64,000 nucleotides of DNA, taken from contig MU619297.1 in the NCBI GenBank assembly GCA_025201805.1, positions 57,724 through 121,723 on the forward strand, written 5' to 3'. This document shows positions 59,643-64,000 of this stretch, one piece after another. This DNA comes from Parasitella parasitica NRRL 2501. Its lineage: Eukaryota; Fungi; Mucoromycota. Within the stretch, counting starts at the first letter, position 1; each line of letters starts with the position of its first letter. The position numbers and the translations under genes are program-made. The notes under the pieces were generated by a model that saw nothing but the letters and a program-made list of their open reading frames with translations, had not been told where the DNA came from and made no database searches.

Positions 59643-61526
59643 TTAGATACGCTCAACCTCGCTAAGTTGATACTTTTTGTTGCCTTCATTATCGCTATCG
59701 CTATCAAATTCCGGGGCGCGCTCAAGTTTTTTAGCATCATCGACTGCAGTTTCAACAGGAAGACCGTCCAGCTGAGGATCATGCTCAAGACTTTTACCAG
59801 GACCTTTGAAGAACTTTCTAGCGCGAGCATAATAGTAGAGAACTGAAGCACCAATAACACCGGTAAATACAACAATAGCGTAATTCATATTATCGGGCGT
59901 AACTGGATACTCGGTGGGGCAAACAAAGAGAACAGATGTTAGCAGAATCCAAAATAGACTAATGACGTTGATTGCATCTGAAAAGGGACCCAAATGGAAA
60001 GGACCAGGCACAAAGACATTTCTAGCAACAGTCAGTTTGAGGGCGATGGGAATAAAATAGGCCATAGACGATGCAATAGTATTGACAGAGACGATGGCAT
60101 TGAAGGCAGTTTCATTGATAATGTAAAGAAGACCGACAACAATAGCAAAGATAACATTGAACCACACAGCGTAGATTGGAGTCTGGGTTTTCAAATTGAT
60201 GGTTGCAAGATGTTTAGAGAAAGGAGTACCACCATCACGGGCAAAAGCATAGATCATTCTTGAGCTGCCCAAAGTCAAGGCAGAGCCTGAAAAGAACATG
60301 GCACCCATAATAATCGTAGTAAATACAATAGTCCATTTATAGCCAACGCCGTCTAAGAAAACTTGAGTCATAGCAGGGCTGATTTGAGTATCGACAATTT
60401 GAGCCTGGTAATCCTGGACACAGAAGTTGACAGAGATCAAAAAAATAAGGCCAACGATAGCAGCGGTGCCGATAGCGTAAAGAATACCGCGAGGAGCGCT
60501 ACGGCCAGCATCGAGAGTTTCGTCAGACATGTGAGCAGCGCTGTCAAAGCCAGAAAGGGTATACTGAGATTGCAAAAGACCGATCAAGAATGCGTATCCG
60601 CCAGAAGAAAAGCCGGTTTGGTTGTCAAAAAATGTAAACACCCATTCAGCGCTTGGTTTGTTGGGAGTCAAGACCAAAGCGACAATGACGATGATGAGCG
60701 TGCCGACAAGATGCCAGTAGAGCGATGTTTGGTTGAAAAAGCCGTTATATTTGACGCTGGCGGAATTGATGATGCCGTGCACCACAGCAATAACGACGAA
60801 AATGCCGTATTGCCAGTAGATACTAGGGCTGTTGTTGGCGTCACTGATGTTGATGATGGACGCAATAAATTGAGAAAGGCCAAGATCTGCCGAAGTGATG
60901 GCAACTATATAGAGATCAAAGTTAAATTTGTGTGCTACATGATACAAGATGTGATCTAAAAAATGGTGAAATAAGACGTACCAGTCTGTAATACAAATAA
61001 AAGATTAGAATAAGGTTTACTTTCTGATTTTCGTTGCAATATTTACCAAACCAAGCCAGTTACACCAGCCAGTCAGCCAACACATAATGGGAACCCACTC
61101 TGGGGGAGCAAGCTTGGATACCCAAATGTAAAGGCCACCAGTGATAGGATAAGCAGAGCAAATTTCCGCCAGAGAGAGCCCAACGCCAAAAGTAAAGACT
61201 GATACGAGGATCCAGCCCCATATAACCGCAATTGATCCAGCAGCAAGCATGGCATCACCCCAGAGAGGAGTAAGGCCAGACAAGATTGAGCAGCAGCCAA
61301 ACGCAATTGCAAAGTTAGAAACAGTTGACATGGTTTTATTCATTTCCTACGGCGGTATTTAGTGTCAGTTGATGGTGCTTATAGTACACACTCAAAAGAG
61401 ATGCTTATGCTGTACCTGTTTATAACCCATAGAATGCAATAATTCTTCCTCAGTTTGAAACTGAGGTCTGTGTTCGCCAGTTTCATTCACTTCATTGATG
61501 CTTAGGTTACGGGCCATGCCAACCAT
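59643..61526 (-). CDS. APC-superfamily amino acid permease (GABA/choline Uga4/Hnm1-like)
   Basis: LHSMGYKQ|EMNK, SLAEICSAYPITGGLYIW, GFDSAAHMSDET, SSRMIYAFARDG, PGPFHLGPFS, PVTPDNMNYA and multiple TM helices. Two introns. Confidence 0.93.
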
Positions 61527-64000
61527 ATAATGATAACTAAAGTACGGGGTAGCGGAATTTTCGAAATAAAAGTGGGAATACAGCAAAAAGAGCTTTTTAC
61601 TTGTGTTCAAAAAAAGAGAGAAAACGAAAAAGATAAGGCAAACGACACAAATTGTGCATCTTTTTATACCAAGAGTTAACGCGCTGCTTTAATGTTTATT
61701 TAGATCTTCCATACCATTTGTTCACCACCATTATCATGATATTACCTATTTCAAACTGACTCCGCAAGCACGAAAAAGGGTAACAAGACCATCGTGCCCA
61801 CTTTAGTCGAGCCAAATGCTACAAACTTCCTGAAAGATGTCTTATCAAAATAAGGCACTGTCCTATAGCATCCTCCCGCTGACAAATATGTGGTAGCACT
61901 AATGCATTTACATACATCACCATCATCCTGAACGTGGGGGTCACTTGACCCAAATGGGATTTCCTTCCCCACAATCTTGAATTGCAGAGATTGCAGTAAA
62001 ATCCTAAAATGGTATACTTGTCCAATCAGATTCATCGCCTCTCACGCTTCTTCCAAATGTGGTTGTCCCAATGACTAATACTTCGCTTTTCATTTCACTT
62101 ATTTTGGTTATATTTTCATTTCGGGATTCTATGGCTTGATGATAAGGCAAGTGCCATATAAACCATTGAAATTTGGCGCTACTGTAATAGGGGGTTGGAT
62201 ACGTTGTAAGCTGGATATGATACTGCTCATTCGGGCAATCCATATCGCAACATGCAGAGAAATGGATTAAGATGCTCAAGACACACTCATCTCAATGACA
62301 TAATTCTATGATTATACATTATATTTTGTAGAGCCAAGCATACAGCACATTGATAAAACACATGTGCCAACCTAGGTATTTTTTCCCACAAAATAGAGCC
62401 TTGTGGAGTACAAACTATATCGCAAAATCCACTAAATCGAGTTTTCGGGAATAGGTATTAGCTAGCATATAAAATATGCATGCTGTCATGTACATGCGTG
62501 CGTATAAACACGGCTATTCAAGACAGACATTGTGGCTTTATGCTTATCTTATCATGTATACAAGGTATTCATGTTGTAACGGTCAAATGTGTAACTACAC
62601 TGGGACCAGTTGATCCTGGATGTCTTTTAATCCTCTTTCTCTACCCGTATATATGGAGCTTGAGACTAAAAAGGGTGCCTTAGTCATAGTCATATACAGC
62701 TAAAAACCATTCGTGGGCGACATTATATAATAGACATAAACCTTGATACGGGTAAATAATAAATTAGATTTGCTTGATTACTACGGTAAATCTCGCGGGC
62801 CACAAAGAGATAATTGCAAGAATCGACACCCTCCCCTTCCCCTTCCCAGGCGCCATTCACTTTTGTTGTAAAAGGAAAAATATGTCAAATGTTGTATTAA
62901 AAAATGACAAAACACCAACTTTTCTCACGAATTTTGACTCTGGCTGATTACTTGGACAAAAAATTCCAAGGACGAATATGTGCGTGTGTAAAAATGTAGA
63001 TTGCAGATAAGCACATTACTGTTTAGTACTTTTTGATGCAAGCGGGATTTGGCGGAAGTAGATCCAATAACATCTTGTACCATCTTGATAATTTTGTGCT
63101 CTGTACAAGATACCAAGCAAAGGTAGACGTCTCTATGATAAATCAAAACTGTAAGGACTTGTCATTTTTTCCAAATTTTTAACAAATTTCAGCATGGTCA
63201 ATCAATACCATGATAGCGCTTTTTTCCATTTTATGCCATCTGATTTTTTTTTAAAAAAAAGAGCATAGACACATCACATACACGAACTTTACCGACTTTT
63301 CGTTAAAAGACGATCATGTCAATATTGGTTTATGTTTGCACTATTAAAGATCTTAGTTATTCCATACCATAGATTTTTAATGGAATTGTTAATTTGCGAG
63401 GACTCAATCTATTGCTCTTTCAAATTACTACCAAGCACCGCTTCATGAGGCTCACTGCTTGCTGCCATAGGCCTGCTTCGCTTCACAAAAAAAAGTGCTT
63501 AATATCATCATCACGCCACGCTTGATGGCGACTTCTTTAGCCAGTAATTATTCTTCTAATAATAATGTAATATTTCTATCATGCCTTCACTTTGCTACGA
63601 CGATATAAAGAAATGCCAGTTTTTTCGCTCATAACATTTGCATATCCAAGAAGATCTGTCATGTGTGTCGTTATACAATTAGCCCTGGTGGAGTCACTTT
63701 CGTCTGATGATACATGTTCTTATACAAGACGGAAAAAGCCAACTTTCATACAAAAATGCACACACAAAGTGCTTGTATCTTTGCATACGGAACACACCAA
63801 ACCATGTTTTATACTTGTCTGATACCGCAATGATCAGGGCTGGCTGATATATACTTTACTTGCATTGGGTAGCGTATATATATCAAGAAATCTGCAAAAG
63901 TAGTTACTTTTTGACTGAAATAGGCAGTAGAAAAAAAAATCATCTTGGCTTTTATTACTACTCTCGTCAATGCCCTGTCCAGTACTCTAATGCTGTCAGA

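Overview
Eukaryotic, AT-rich, intron-containing fungal DNA, most consistent with Mucorales (inferred from short GT-AG introns, gene repertoire, TE families and the LSU rRNA fragment). The window has two compartments. (1) About 3.0-16.9 kb is a mobile-DNA island. It holds a decayed Fanzor (eukaryotic TnpB-like RNA-guided nuclease) gene with a stem-loop-rich 3' flank (candidate omegaRNA), two related intron-containing PD-(D/E)XK (REase-fold) genes, two DD34E Tc1/IS630-family transposase pseudogenes (one with intact TIRs and a TA duplication), a ~400 bp orphan 25S/28S rDNA fragment and several tandem repeats. (2) The rest is a core gene region: SEL1-repeat protein, Zn2Cys6-PAS TF, SEC7 Arf-GEF, PPR-like protein, M20 amidohydrolase, SP-RING protein, UPS2/PRELI, LaeA-like methyltransferase, TIM10, SEL1-MYND protein, GATA TF, F-box/LRR protein and an APC amino-acid permease. 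It is interrupted by a MITE, a LINE 3' fragment, orphan transposon ends with helically phased subterminal repeats, and a ~2.7 kb non-coding element present twice. There are two 10-N assembly gaps (24465-24474, 36707-36716). All family calls come from motif recognition by eye; no searches were run.
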